Counted from the first letter of the stretch, positions 1 to 9,594 are shown. The stretch: DNA of 64,000 nt from Candidatus Heimdallarchaeota archaeon (GCA_018238545.1 JABCTC010000004.1:48416-112415), one strand, 5' to 3'. The notes: generated from the letters alone by a model not told the origin. Translations and numbers: made by a program.

Positions 1-960
1 AACAAAATAATCTAAATCGTTATCATCATCTAAATCAAAGAAAACTTCTATTGAATCTCCTGGTGCAACTACTGTTGGGGAAGATTCACGCGGTGATGGA
101 TTAGAATCATCAGATCTCCAAAAGCAACTTGCACAAGTTGAACCTCTGGCTAGTGTCATTCTATAACTACTCCAGTCTCCTTGAGCTATAATCCCTCCTA
201 CACTATAAGAATTATAATAAGCTGCTGGATATATTTGTTGTTCAGAATTTATATCATCTTGATATTCATTTCCAGAAGCTGATATGAAAGTCATGTAGTA
301 GGGTGCTAAACTTAGCTCATTTATCTTCTGATTTATGTTTGAATTGAATATATTTCCCCCAATTGACATCGATACAACTTTGACTTTGATTCCTTGACCC
401 CAAAGCCAATCTAGTTCTAAAAGAGCATCGTATACCTTATTTGAATCTATTACTCCTCCAGCTGATGCGACTTGAAAAACAAGTAATTCAGAATTTGTTC
501 CTTCTAATAAGCTTCCAATCAAACTGCATATAGCAGAACCATGCTTAATATAGTGACCACTAAGACTAAATTGTGTATAATCATGACCATGAAACGATTC
601 AAAAAAGGTCCATTCAGTATTTTGATTTGTCTCATGTTTGAAAAATCTTACATTCACCCCTGGATATCTATCCTCAATTTCAGACCAAGTTTTGTGATCT
701 AGTCCTGTATCAAACACTGCAATGCGATATCCACTACTATCATCAGAGATTGCAGAAAAAAGTTGAGGATTATTCCTTAAATCATCTAATCTAACCCAAT
801 TCATTATTTCTTCGTTAGATCCACTACCTCCTATACTTGTTATATCAAACAATGAATCTACTCTCTGCTGTTTGTATAAATCAATAATTATACCCGCAGA
901 GATACTATTTCCAAAAACAAAAATAAGCAATATTGCTAAAAAAGATATTTTACTATTCAA
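1..960 (-). CDS. Subtilisin-like (S8) serine peptidase, secreted; 3' end lies beyond the window start (partial)
   Basis: Not in the ORF track; translated by hand from TTG at 960 (or 963). Signal peptide, then IAVFDTGLD (catalytic Asp), KHGSAICSLIG (His), VVSMSIGG, FISASGN (oxyanion Asn), YPA and TVVAPG. Frame open to base 1. Confidence 0.85.
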   Translation of the reverse strand, partial: MNSKISFLAILLIFVFGNSISAGIIIDLYKQQRVDSLFDITSIGGSGSNEEIMNWVRLDDLRNNPQLFSAISDDSSGYRIAVFDTGLDHKTWSEIEDRYPGVNVRFFKHETNQNTEWTFFESFHGHDYTQFSLSGHYIKHGSAICSLIGSLLEGTNSELLVFQVASAGGVIDSNKVYDALLELDWLWGQGIKVKVVSMSIGGNIFNSNINQKINELSLAPYYMTFISASGNEYQDDINSEQQIYPAAYYNSYSVGGIIAQGDWSSYRMTLARGSTCASCFWRSDDSNPSPRESSPTVVAPGDSIEVFFDLDDDNDLDYFV

Positions 961-1171
961 CAACTCACATCCTCTAGAGTAATATTTATCATTATAATAT
1001 AATAATATTTTGTATATTTTGTATAACTCTTGAAGCTCTAAACTCAATATAGATTAGCTTCTCTCCTATGAAAGATGGTTTTGGTTGGCTGAATCACATA
1101 TCTTTCACTAAGGATTGGAGTCTCAAATAGCTCAATCCGTTAATAATAAAAATATTTCTTAGTTTTCGAAT

Positions 1172-1642
1172 TTAATTGCAATAATTTTCAGATGAATTCC
1201 TTCTAACAACATTGTAGAGAACTGTTCCAATTCCTAAAAGAATAAAAAGTCCATATTTCAGATACCAATTTGGAATGAAAATAATAATTGCCAGAAGTGC
1301 TCCCATTCCAACTCCTAAAGTAAAACGCATGAGAGCTTTATTCCATTTATTCCTTGGTTTGATTACTAACTGAAGTAGTGCAATAGAAACTCCAAATGAA
1401 GTGACCAAAGCCAAAATAAGAGGGTAAGCTCTGAAAGTATCTAAGAAGCTAAACAAGAATATACTGAAAAAAATGATGCCTAAGAATACGCTAGTGCATC
1501 CAACGCACAAATAAAATGGTCCAATTTTGAAAACATGGTTCTTACATTCTTCACTAATTTCATGATGTGCCAAATAAAGATCTGAGAAATTCTTCAATCT
1601 TTCTTTGATTGGTAATTTCTCTTCCCCTTTCTCAGCATCCAT
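1172..1642 (-). CDS. Small multi-pass membrane protein, DUF2085-like
   Basis: HH...C..H.F.....LCVGCT motif followed by about 4 hydrophobic helices. Confidence 0.55.
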   Translation of the reverse strand: MDAEKGEEKLPIKERLKNFSDLYLAHHEISEECKNHVFKIGPFYLCVGCTSVFLGIIFFSIFLFSFLDTFRAYPLILALVTSFGVSIALLQLVIKPRNKWNKALMRFTLGVGMGALLAIIIFIPNWYLKYGLFILLGIGTVLYNVVRRNSSENYCN

Positions 1643-1649
1643 CTAAAAT

Positions 1650-2411
1650 TCATCTACCTATAATTAATCTAAATAATAGTACAACTTTCTTCTTCAGATT
1701 TATTTCAATCAGTGTACCATCTGTTAATAACTCTGTAGGTTTTCCAAGTGATTCAAGTTTGGAAGATGAGATGATAATAGAATCTAATGTTTCGTACAAT
1801 TTCATGGTATAGTAAAGTGGGTTCTTCCGATGATATGATCCAACCCAAGCTTTTTCTCTTGAAGCTAAAATAAAATTCGCACCAGTATAATCCCATTCAC
1901 CCATAATGGATTCAACAAGTGATTTTTTCATCGTCCAATCATTTTCTCTCAGAGAAGTTAATAGTGAATAGAAGTATTTTTCTGAGTCTGTCGTACCTCT
2001 AAGATAAAATTTCTCTTTGCAATAATTGTTTATCTGAGATGTAATTGTTCCATGATGAGCAAAGACATACTCATCTCCATTGTACCAATAGAATGGATGA
2101 TTGTTTGATAACTTCACTGCCATATTGGGTGAAGCTCTTCTAGCATGAGCTAATAGAATAGGTGATTGGATTTTTTCCCATTCAGGGATAGGGGGTCGTT
2201 CACTAATTGATTCATTGAATCTTCTCACTTCATAATGATCATTATGCATGAATGAGTAACCATAACCATCAACATGGTTGAAGAGCTTGTTTTCGTTATG
2301 TTCATGTACATCCTTCTTCATTTCTCCAACATAATCTGAACAAGTATCAAGATAGTCTTGGTAAACTGATGATGAAACATTATTACCTATTTGGAAAAAT
2401 AAGCGACACAT
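1650..2411 (-). CDS. Class II glutamine amidotransferase (YafJ/EgtC-like Ntn hydrolase)
   Basis: N-terminal MCRL (Cys2 nucleophile), HVDGYG, AHARRAS, NNHPF, FAHHGTI, GTTDSE. Confidence 0.85.
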   Translation of the reverse strand: MCRLFFQIGNNVSSSVYQDYLDTCSDYVGEMKKDVHEHNENKLFNHVDGYGYSFMHNDHYEVRRFNESISERPPIPEWEKIQSPILLAHARRASPNMAVKLSNNHPFYWYNGDEYVFAHHGTITSQINNYCKEKFYLRGTTDSEKYFYSLLTSLRENDWTMKKSLVESIMGEWDYTGANFILASREKAWVGSYHRKNPLYYTMKLYETLDSIIISSSKLESLGKPTELLTDGTLIEINLKKKVVLLFRLIIGR

Positions 2412-2541
2412 TTTTGCTAACCAATGATGTACTTAGTTGTCTTTTCTTAAAACTTTCTCCTAAAATAAATTTAATTAGCTACTATCACCAAATTTTCTTC
2501 CTAACCCTAACATTTTTTTATGTCTGGAGAAATTTTATTTC

Positions 2542-3837
2542 ATGCCCGAATCAACTTACAAACATATAAATGATATAGAAACCTCGGACAAAGAAGTAAA
2601 AATTCGAGGATGGGTTTATAGAATCCGTAAAATGAAAGACAAGGTATTTGTCGTTTTACGAGACGCTACTGGTATACTTCAATGTATTGGAAAGCTAGAA
2701 GATCTCTCTGAAGAAGCTTGGAACAATCTTAATGAAGTAGCTATTGAGAATGCTATTGCTGTTAAAGGCAATGCTAAAGAAGATTCTAGGGCAGTAAATA
2801 ATATCGAGGTAGTTCTAACTGATTTCACCATCATTCACAAAGGTGAAGTTTTCCCTATTGCTAAGGATCAAAGCAAAGAATTCATGTTAGATAACACCCA
2901 TTTATTTGTTAGAAGCTACAAATCAACTAACATCATGAAAGTCAAAGCTAACGTTCTAAGAGCAGCTAGAGAATGGTTTTATGATAACAAATTCTACGAA
3001 GTCACACCACCCATATTGACAGGTTCTGCTTGTGAAGGAGGCTCTACTCTATTTGATTTGAAGTATTTCGATCAGAAAGCATATTTGAGTCAAAGCGTTC
3101 AACTTTATCTTGAAGCATTGATATACAGTTTAGAGAAAGTGTATGCAATTACTCCAAGTTTCAGAGCAGAAAAGATGAGAACAAAAAGACACATCAATGA
3201 ATTCTGGCACATAGAGGGTGAAGAAGCATTTGTGGATTTTGAAGGAAACATGAAGATACAAGAAGAACTTGTTGCTTTCATAGTCCAATATGTTCTTGAG
3301 AACAACAAGAAGGAACTTAAAGAACTGGAAAGAGACACTACAATCTTGGAACAAATAAAAGCTCCTTTCAAGAAAATCACTTACGAAGAAGCTATCAACA
3401 CTCTAAATGAAAATGGTCACAAATTGAAATGGGATGATGACATTAAAACAGAGGAAGAAAGAGATCTCTCAAACATAATAGGGGAACCTTTCTTCGTTTC
3501 CATGTATCCCTCGGCTCACAAACCATTCTACGTTAAAATCAATGAAAAAGATCCAAAATGGTGCTATTCAGCTGATCTTATGGCTTCAGAAGGATTTGGT
3601 GAGATAATCACTGGTGGTCAGAGAGAAGATGTTCTAAAAACACTAGTAGAAAGGATTATTGCCGAAGGTTGGTCACCTGAAGATTACGAATGGTACATAG
3701 ATTTACGTAAATATGGTTCCGTTTATCATTCTGGTTTTGGTTTAGGAGCTGAAAGACTTACATGGTGGTTATGTGGTCTTGATGCTATTCAAGAAACCCA
3801 ACCCTTCCCAAGAACAAGGAACAGAATTTATCCTTGA
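2542..3837 (+). CDS. asnS: Asparagine--tRNA ligase
   Basis: OB-fold with RGWV, YLSQSVQLYLE, motif 2 FRAEK.RT.RH..EFWH.E, GGQRE, motif 3 HSGFGLGAER, C-terminal PFPR. Confidence 0.93.
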   Translation: MPESTYKHINDIETSDKEVKIRGWVYRIRKMKDKVFVVLRDATGILQCIGKLEDLSEEAWNNLNEVAIENAIAVKGNAKEDSRAVNNIEVVLTDFTIIHKGEVFPIAKDQSKEFMLDNTHLFVRSYKSTNIMKVKANVLRAAREWFYDNKFYEVTPPILTGSACEGGSTLFDLKYFDQKAYLSQSVQLYLEALIYSLEKVYAITPSFRAEKMRTKRHINEFWHIEGEEAFVDFEGNMKIQEELVAFIVQYVLENNKKELKELERDTTILEQIKAPFKKITYEEAINTLNENGHKLKWDDDIKTEEERDLSNIIGEPFFVSMYPSAHKPFYVKINEKDPKWCYSADLMASEGFGEIITGGQREDVLKTLVERIIAEGWSPEDYEWYIDLRKYGSVYHSGFGLGAERLTWWLCGLDAIQETQPFPRTRNRIYP

Positions 3838-3850
3838 TTTTTCTCTTTTT
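3838..3850 (+). terminator. T-rich archaeal terminator after asnS
   Basis: tttttctcttttt immediately after the stop codon. Confidence 0.45.
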
Positions 3851-3860
3851 CATGAAGATT

Positions 3861-4364
3861 TTATTTCTTTTTAATGAATTCAAAAATTTCTGATTTGTTG
3901 TTTACATATAGCTGGTTGGACATACCCACATTTCTTTTTACAATGAGTTCTTTATTTTCCAATTTAACAATTATTCTTGATATACTAGCCTTAGATAAAT
4001 TTAAAGCATTAGCTATTTTGATTTGTGTTGTACCTGGATTTGATACTATCTCATCAAAAACCTTCATCTCTGTTTCTTTAAGAATAGATGATAACTTTTC
4101 TTGGTCGAAGGAATAGGTTTCCACAAGTTTTTCAGATACTACACCCATCTTCTTCAACTTCCTCCAGTTAAGAAAGAGTAATGTTGAACCAATAATTAGA
4201 AATGTAAAGAGAACAGATAATATAATAATTGTAATTGTTAAAGGTTGTATATAATTATTTACAGTAAAAGTAATAGAACATTCTAAGTAAGCATAAAGAG
4301 ATACATTGGTTAGAAAAGTTATTTTGCCCTCAAATTCACCGATTCTAGAGATATCAATTTCCAC
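3861..4364 (-). CDS. TM helix + C-terminal winged-HTH (MarR-like); probably the 3' half of a frameshifted gene spanning 3861-5185
   Basis: One TM (LTITIIILSVLFTFLIIGSTLLFL), then LKETEMKVFDEI...TTQIKIANALNLSKASISRIIVKLENKELI wHTH; overlaps the upstream ORF by 46 nt in another frame. Confidence 0.75.
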   Translation of the reverse strand: MEIDISRIGEFEGKITFLTNVSLYAYLECSITFTVNNYIQPLTITIIILSVLFTFLIIGSTLLFLNWRKLKKMGVVSEKLVETYSFDQEKLSSILKETEMKVFDEIVSNPGTTQIKIANALNLSKASISRIIVKLENKELIVKRNVGMSNQLYVNNKSEIFEFIKKK

Positions 4365-5185
4365 ATCTTATATTTCTGTATATCCACCCATGTTTCATCT
4401 GACAATATAGATACATTAACTGGGATATTCAGAAGATTTGTTATCACATATTGTTTTACAATACTTGTTTGACTTTTAGGAATAATTCCAAGATCCCAAG
4501 AGTTTGGAGTTACCAATATAGGTAGATATTCGAGATTAATCTCATATGATATCATCAAGTCAAAATTAGCTATATTAGAAAGTTCCCAAGATAATTTCAA
4601 CCTTTGATTCACAATATTAGTTGAGTGAGCAGGTGGAGAGCTAGATCTTAGCACTAAATTTGGATCTATATATGCAGAAACTGAATAGACAGAGATATTT
4701 TGCGTCCAAGATAAGCTTGAATTTAACATGAAATCATTATTTTCAACAGAAGGCAGGAAGCTGGATAGTAAAACAATACTGTAGGTTTCACCTAAATTCA
4801 ATATTTCCGGCAATTCATATGAAACATTTGTGAAACCTGTGCTAGCATTGTAAAAAGATGAAACAAGGAGATTTCTGTTCCACTCATCTGTTACAATTAT
4901 TTCAGAGTGATCTCCAGAAAGTTGTAAACTATCAAAAAAATAACTTGCTGATTCAACAACTTGTCTGTACTCAACAAATATTGTTAAGCTAACTCTTGTA
5001 ACTGTTACTGAATAAGTTATATCCACACTAGAAATCATCGTAGAAAGGTCATCAATGATAATATTATCTGAATATGGACTAAAATTTGTAGTAGCGTTAC
5101 AGAAAATTAATGGATAAAAAAGAAGACATGAAAATAATACCAGTCCTAATTTCTTCATTTTTATCATCTGATTTATTAATTTCAT
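4319..5185 (-). CDS. Secreted beta-rich ectodomain; probable 5' half of a membrane-anchored transcription regulator
   Basis: Signal peptide (MKKLGLVLFSCLLFYPL), beta-rich domain, start of an Ig-like domain (TPNSWDLGIIP...) that appears to continue in the overlapping ORF. Confidence 0.65.
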   Translation of the reverse strand: MKLINQMIKMKKLGLVLFSCLLFYPLIFCNATTNFSPYSDNIIIDDLSTMISSVDITYSVTVTRVSLTIFVEYRQVVESASYFFDSLQLSGDHSEIIVTDEWNRNLLVSSFYNASTGFTNVSYELPEILNLGETYSIVLLSSFLPSVENNDFMLNSSLSWTQNISVYSVSAYIDPNLVLRSSSPPAHSTNIVNQRLKLSWELSNIANFDLMISYEINLEYLPILVTPNSWDLGIIPKSQTSIVKQYVITNLLNIPVNVSILSDETWVDIQKYKMWKLISLESVNLRAK

Positions 5186-5235
5186 TTTCCAGTTTTTTAA
5201 TCTTGTTGCTTAATTCTTCCTCTGAAAGATACATT

Positions 5236-7212
5236 TTACAACCTATCTTGCTGATTTCGTCGTTTTTTACTGTAGAACAAGTTCTTCAATTTATTATTAG
5301 AACTGAGAAATATCAAAATAATAGCAAAAAAGATTGAAGAAAGATAACTTGTAGATGTGGGAGTTTCAATATAACCTGCTGCCGTTAACCATTCTGTAGT
5401 TTTATTGAGATTGTAATCATATTTTACAACATCATCATTATACCAATATTCCAATAAAGAAGGAATAACACTATGAGTAACTAAATACTCTCCATTGTTA
5501 ATTTCTTGATTTAGTTCTTCACGATTTATAGCATAGCAGATAGCTTTTCTGACAGCTGTTCCTTTTGTATACTCTTCTTTTCCTACTTCATCTAAGTAGA
5601 TAAAATTGGATGCACCTCCAATAAACGATCTGCGTAAATTGAATGCTAGGAAGGAAAATGTGTTAGTAAATCTAGAATGTATTGTGAATTGAGGATCTTG
5701 TTCCATAACTCTTCTTTCTTCTGAGAAAATGCTTAAGTAGTACATTAGGTCATAATTTCCTTCCATGAACCCATTAAATTCACCCCACACATCAGGCTCA
5801 ACAATAATTTTTATTGTTTCCAGATCAAGTGTTTGGGTTTCACCATTTTTTGCCCCAATATTCATCCACCAAGGTGATTTTTGAAGCACGGTTATAATGC
5901 TGGAGTTATGATAATCTAGCAAATATTTACCACAACCAAAGCTAGATTTGTAATATGTTTCCCAAGTTGTTGTATTATCTATTCCTTCGTATATACCTTT
6001 CATTTCAATTCCTCCTGAGCTTAAACTTGAAACACTAGAAGTCGAATTTAGAAAGAATTCAGGAAGTATATATTCTGTCAAAGACAGCCAAAAAGAAGGA
6101 TATGCTTCCAGCTCTTGCGTTTCAGGATCTCCATCTATTTCAATAAAAAAAACAAGATTATCTTCAGGATCTATCCAAGCTTTATTAAGCCAATTAAATC
6201 TTTCAGAATATTCGCTTATCAAAGGATTTGCTAATGAGAGCAGAGTGAATATAACATCTTCTGAGGTGACTTGTTGATTTGTTCCATTACTAAATTCATC
6301 TTGTAACCCAATCATAAGAGGAGTTGTATTGATATCGAGTTTTAAGGAATGTTCATCACGGTTTGTAATGTTAAATGAAGGGTTCCAGTAAACATTGTCG
6401 CGCATCGTGAATTTGAACAAGTTAGAATTAGTAGTACTTTGAGCCCAATCAATGATTAAACCTGTTTTGAGGGGTTCAAGACTTGGCTTTAATTGCAATG
6501 TTTGTTCGCTTATTAACGAAAAGACAAAATCGCTTGAATGTTCTTCATAAGGATTAAAATATTCCCACTTGGCATCTGTTAACACTAATTCTTCGACTGA
6601 AGATTGGTTTATGTGGAGTCCTTCAAAACGCATATATGGCAAAGAATCAGTTAAGCCCCATTTGAAGTCAAATCCCTTAAGATTACTCCAAGTAGCTGCA
6701 TAAGAATATGATGAAAATAATGGTAACATAGGTAGAATTTTATCTAAAAGTAATTCTTGCCATTCGTAACAGATTTGCTGTCTTGCTTCAAAATCCATTG
6801 TCTCTGAAATTTGTTCAAGCAGATGTTCATTTGATGCCCCATAGGGGATTTCAGTATTTACGCCTACAAAGTTCAACGTTCCGTTTTCTGAGAAAAAAAC
6901 ACTCATATCAGGGTCATAACCTCCTGTCATTCCAGTAATTATAAAATCAAAATCATGTGTATTAAGAATAATATCTACAAATACTGTCCACTCAACAATC
7001 TTCAGTGTGATGATGATTCCATAAGGTCTTAGATATTCCATGATGTATGCATTATAATCTCGGATCACCCCTCCTCCTTGCACAATCGTTGTTAAATATA
7101 CTTTATTTGATGTATATTCGCCTTCTACCTTGTGAATCATCGAGGTTGCGAAAAATACAATTAAAATCAAGCTTATACTTTTTTTCTTGTTGAGCTTCAT
7201 CATTTCTTTCAA
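5236..7212 (-). CDS. Family-5 (OppA/DppA-like) solute-binding protein, circularly permuted, with C-terminal membrane anchor
   Basis: FKFTMRDNVYW, VTSEDVIFT, FGCGKYLL, LAFN, VRKAICYAINRE, YDYNLNKTTEWLTAAGY; signal peptide and C-terminal TM+basic tail. Confidence 0.85.
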   Translation of the reverse strand: MKEMMKLNKKKSISLILIVFFATSMIHKVEGEYTSNKVYLTTIVQGGGVIRDYNAYIMEYLRPYGIIITLKIVEWTVFVDIILNTHDFDFIITGMTGGYDPDMSVFFSENGTLNFVGVNTEIPYGASNEHLLEQISETMDFEARQQICYEWQELLLDKILPMLPLFSSYSYAATWSNLKGFDFKWGLTDSLPYMRFEGLHINQSSVEELVLTDAKWEYFNPYEEHSSDFVFSLISEQTLQLKPSLEPLKTGLIIDWAQSTTNSNLFKFTMRDNVYWNPSFNITNRDEHSLKLDINTTPLMIGLQDEFSNGTNQQVTSEDVIFTLLSLANPLISEYSERFNWLNKAWIDPEDNLVFFIEIDGDPETQELEAYPSFWLSLTEYILPEFFLNSTSSVSSLSSGGIEMKGIYEGIDNTTTWETYYKSSFGCGKYLLDYHNSSIITVLQKSPWWMNIGAKNGETQTLDLETIKIIVEPDVWGEFNGFMEGNYDLMYYLSIFSEERRVMEQDPQFTIHSRFTNTFSFLAFNLRRSFIGGASNFIYLDEVGKEEYTKGTAVRKAICYAINREELNQEINNGEYLVTHSVIPSLLEYWYNDDVVKYDYNLNKTTEWLTAAGYIETPTSTSYLSSIFFAIILIFLSSNNKLKNLFYSKKRRNQQDRL

Positions 7213-7313
7213 GAAATACTAAGTATGAAACAACCTAAAAGACTATTGCGTAACATATGTTCCGTTTTCTCAAAACAACGGATAATAGAAAATAGAAAAA
7301 AAGTAAAGAATGT

Positions 7314-8156
7314 TTAATGCTCTTTGTGAGCATTATCGAAGAAATGTATTTTGTGATAAATTTCTCCATCTTTATTATGAGGAGTTCGAACTAAATGTCC
7401 ACTTGCTTTCTCAAGTTCTCTAACTTCATCTGAAATAATACTTGCTTGTCTAACCATCTCGTGAGCAGCTGCTACCTTGATTAGTGCTCTGGTTTTATCT
7501 TTTTCACCCCAGCAACCATTTACATTTAGTTTTCCTGCATCTTGCAAGATTCTTAAAGCTGCAAAAGCTTTTGGTCTAGAATAGTCATTTCCAAAGGGAT
7601 AGCTTTCTGTAACACCAATTGGCGATAGATTTCTTGTTGGTAATTCAGGTTTCTTTCCTTCTTTAAGCATGTCAATAACTTCATCAAACAATCTTGTGAT
7701 GTAAGCGAATACTCCACAGGAACTGAATGTTTCTATGATATATCCATTGAAGAGACACATTTCTGTTGGGTCAAGAAAGTCTATTTTTGCACCAATCATT
7801 GGGTCAAACGAAACGATGACATAACCTACACCATCAGCTTTCCATTTCTCTCTCATTTCTTTATCAGCTGTATCAGATACGACGATAACTGGAAACTTGT
7901 CTTTATATTTCTCAATAACTGCTTGTGGCCCTTTGTCTTTTGCGTTTGGCGAAATCATTACCATTAAATCAGTTTCAACTTGATCAATAAGAGGGAATAG
8001 CCTTTCTGCTGCTTCAGGTTTCATCTTTGTAGATGAGCTTAAGACTGTAACTTCTATATCTTTTCTACTCGCTCTTTCATCTAGCATAATATCAATTAAG
8101 GTAGTTAACGTTATGTTACCTAGCTTAACAAATGTTATTTTAACCATAGTAATCAA
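7314..8156 (-). CDS. mtd: F420-dependent methylene-H4MPT dehydrogenase
   Basis: KLGNI, MLDERASRKDI, STKMKPE, ISPN, DPMIGAKIDFLDPTEMCLFNG, AAAHEMVRQA, LVRTPH; likely start ATG at 8147. Confidence 0.92.
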   Translation of the reverse strand: MITMVKITFVKLGNITLTTLIDIMLDERASRKDIEVTVLSSSTKMKPEAAERLFPLIDQVETDLMVMISPNAKDKGPQAVIEKYKDKFPVIVVSDTADKEMREKWKADGVGYVIVSFDPMIGAKIDFLDPTEMCLFNGYIIETFSSCGVFAYITRLFDEVIDMLKEGKKPELPTRNLSPIGVTESYPFGNDYSRPKAFAALRILQDAGKLNVNGCWGEKDKTRALIKVAAAHEMVRQASIISDEVRELEKASGHLVRTPHNKDGEIYHKIHFFDNAHKEH

Positions 8157-8275
8157 ATAATATTTTTTGTCCCCTTTATTAACATTATTTGTTTGACCTA
8201 ATTATTGAATGTGGATGGTTTTAAAATTCAACAAATAGGAATATTTTTTAGAACACAAGTATTTAGAATATTCAT

Positions 8276-8992
8276 ATGGCAAAACGAGACCCTTTGATTA
8301 TTGGTACAGCTTCTGTACTTATAGTCGCTTTCACTATTTCTCTACTAAATATCTATGTTTTTCCAAACATATTCTTTTCTGTTGATATCCACAGAAACAC
8401 CGATAATGAAATTCAATTAGATATTTTACATGAAATTGAAAATATTGGGTTAAATACCTCTATCTGGGATGGAATCAACAGAACTAGATTAATTGTTGTT
8501 AATCCAGAGTTTTCTCTCACAAACATTACATTAATGTTAACGCGTTCACTTAACAAATATTCAGCGGCGTATGATTCTTACAATGATAGACCAAGAAGAA
8601 TAACTTTAGATTACAATGGAACAATCCTAGGAGCATCAAATGAATCAGCTGTATATCTTGATTGGATGGTATCTCTGTTTGGTGAAACTTATGCTGGAAA
8701 TTACTTTGTATATCTTAATACAACATTAGATTATAATGCACATTCTAATCTCGAAGAATCGGAATTACCTTCTTTCAACAGAACAGATGTGGAAGGCAAC
8801 CTTACTGCTATCTTGAATGACCCAACAAGAGAGCCATTCTTTGTTATCTACCAATCAATCAGTTATTATGAAAGTAGAGGTCTCTTCAGCTCTTATTCCA
8901 TCAATTTTTCAAGACTTGTTCTTACAAATGAATTTGGTGATGTGATCTTCTTTCTATCTAACGAAGGTTCATGGAATAGTCCTTTGTTCTGA
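8276..8992 (+). CDS. Membrane-anchored surface protein, unknown function
   Basis: N-terminal TM; many N-x-S/T sequons (NTS, NRT, NIT, NGT, NES, NTT, NLT, NFS). Confidence 0.6.
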   Translation: MAKRDPLIIGTASVLIVAFTISLLNIYVFPNIFFSVDIHRNTDNEIQLDILHEIENIGLNTSIWDGINRTRLIVVNPEFSLTNITLMLTRSLNKYSAAYDSYNDRPRRITLDYNGTILGASNESAVYLDWMVSLFGETYAGNYFVYLNTTLDYNAHSNLEESELPSFNRTDVEGNLTAILNDPTREPFFVIYQSISYYESRGLFSSYSINFSRLVLTNEFGDVIFFLSNEGSWNSPLF

Positions 8993-9048
8993 TAAAACTC
9001 CTTTTCCTTTTTCAAAATGTTTAAATCAAAACTACTGTTTGTATAATT

Positions 9049-9552
9049 ATGGCTCAACAAAATCAACCTTTTGGGTTCAAAGTGAGACAAAGATTCTTTG
9101 CCTTGACCGCTACTTATGACATCGAGGATATGGCTACAGGACAACAGATCTTCAAAGCTAAGCGGAAGTTCTTCACTTTCTTTAAAACTATAATAATCGA
9201 AGATATGCAAGGAAGAGAAGTTGTGAGACTTAAAGCTAACTTGTTATTTATGAATAAATGGAAAATTATTCAAAATGGGCATGTTGTAGGTTTAGTTAAA
9301 TTCCCTCTTATACGATTCTGTGGTATAAAGTTTTCAGTTGAATTAGCGGGTAACGAATATCATGCTTCAGATCTTTTAGCATATTCATTTACTGCAAGAA
9401 ACTTGAATAATCAGATAGGTTTCACATTAGATAGAAGAATTCTAACTATAAAAGACACTTACAAAGTAGATGTATATCCTCCTTTGGAACCAATATTCGG
9501 TCTAGCTGCAACTTTGGCAATTGATTATAGATTTTTCCAAAATAGAAATTAA
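9049..9552 (+). CDS. LURP-one/scramblase (Tubby C-terminal-like) family protein
   Basis: FKVRQRFF...YDIED..GQQIF, repeated beta hairpins, C-terminal KDTYKVDV...LAATLAID hydrophobic helix. Confidence 0.8.
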   Translation: MAQQNQPFGFKVRQRFFALTATYDIEDMATGQQIFKAKRKFFTFFKTIIIEDMQGREVVRLKANLLFMNKWKIIQNGHVVGLVKFPLIRFCGIKFSVELAGNEYHASDLLAYSFTARNLNNQIGFTLDRRILTIKDTYKVDVYPPLEPIFGLAATLAIDYRFFQNRN

Positions 9553-9585
9553 TTCAATTTCTACTTTTTTTTCCTTTTGAAAGGT

Positions 9586-9594
9586 TTTTAAATA
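9586..9594 (+). promoter_or_regulatory. Putative TATA box with upstream purine-rich BRE
   Basis: gaaagg-tttttaaata about 22 nt upstream of ATG 9616, consistent with a leaderless transcript. Confidence 0.4.

Noticed and set aside
2542-3837. Aspartyl-tRNA synthetase
   Set aside because: SQSxQLYLE and EFWHxE fit AsnRS rather than AspRS (QSPQLYKQ)
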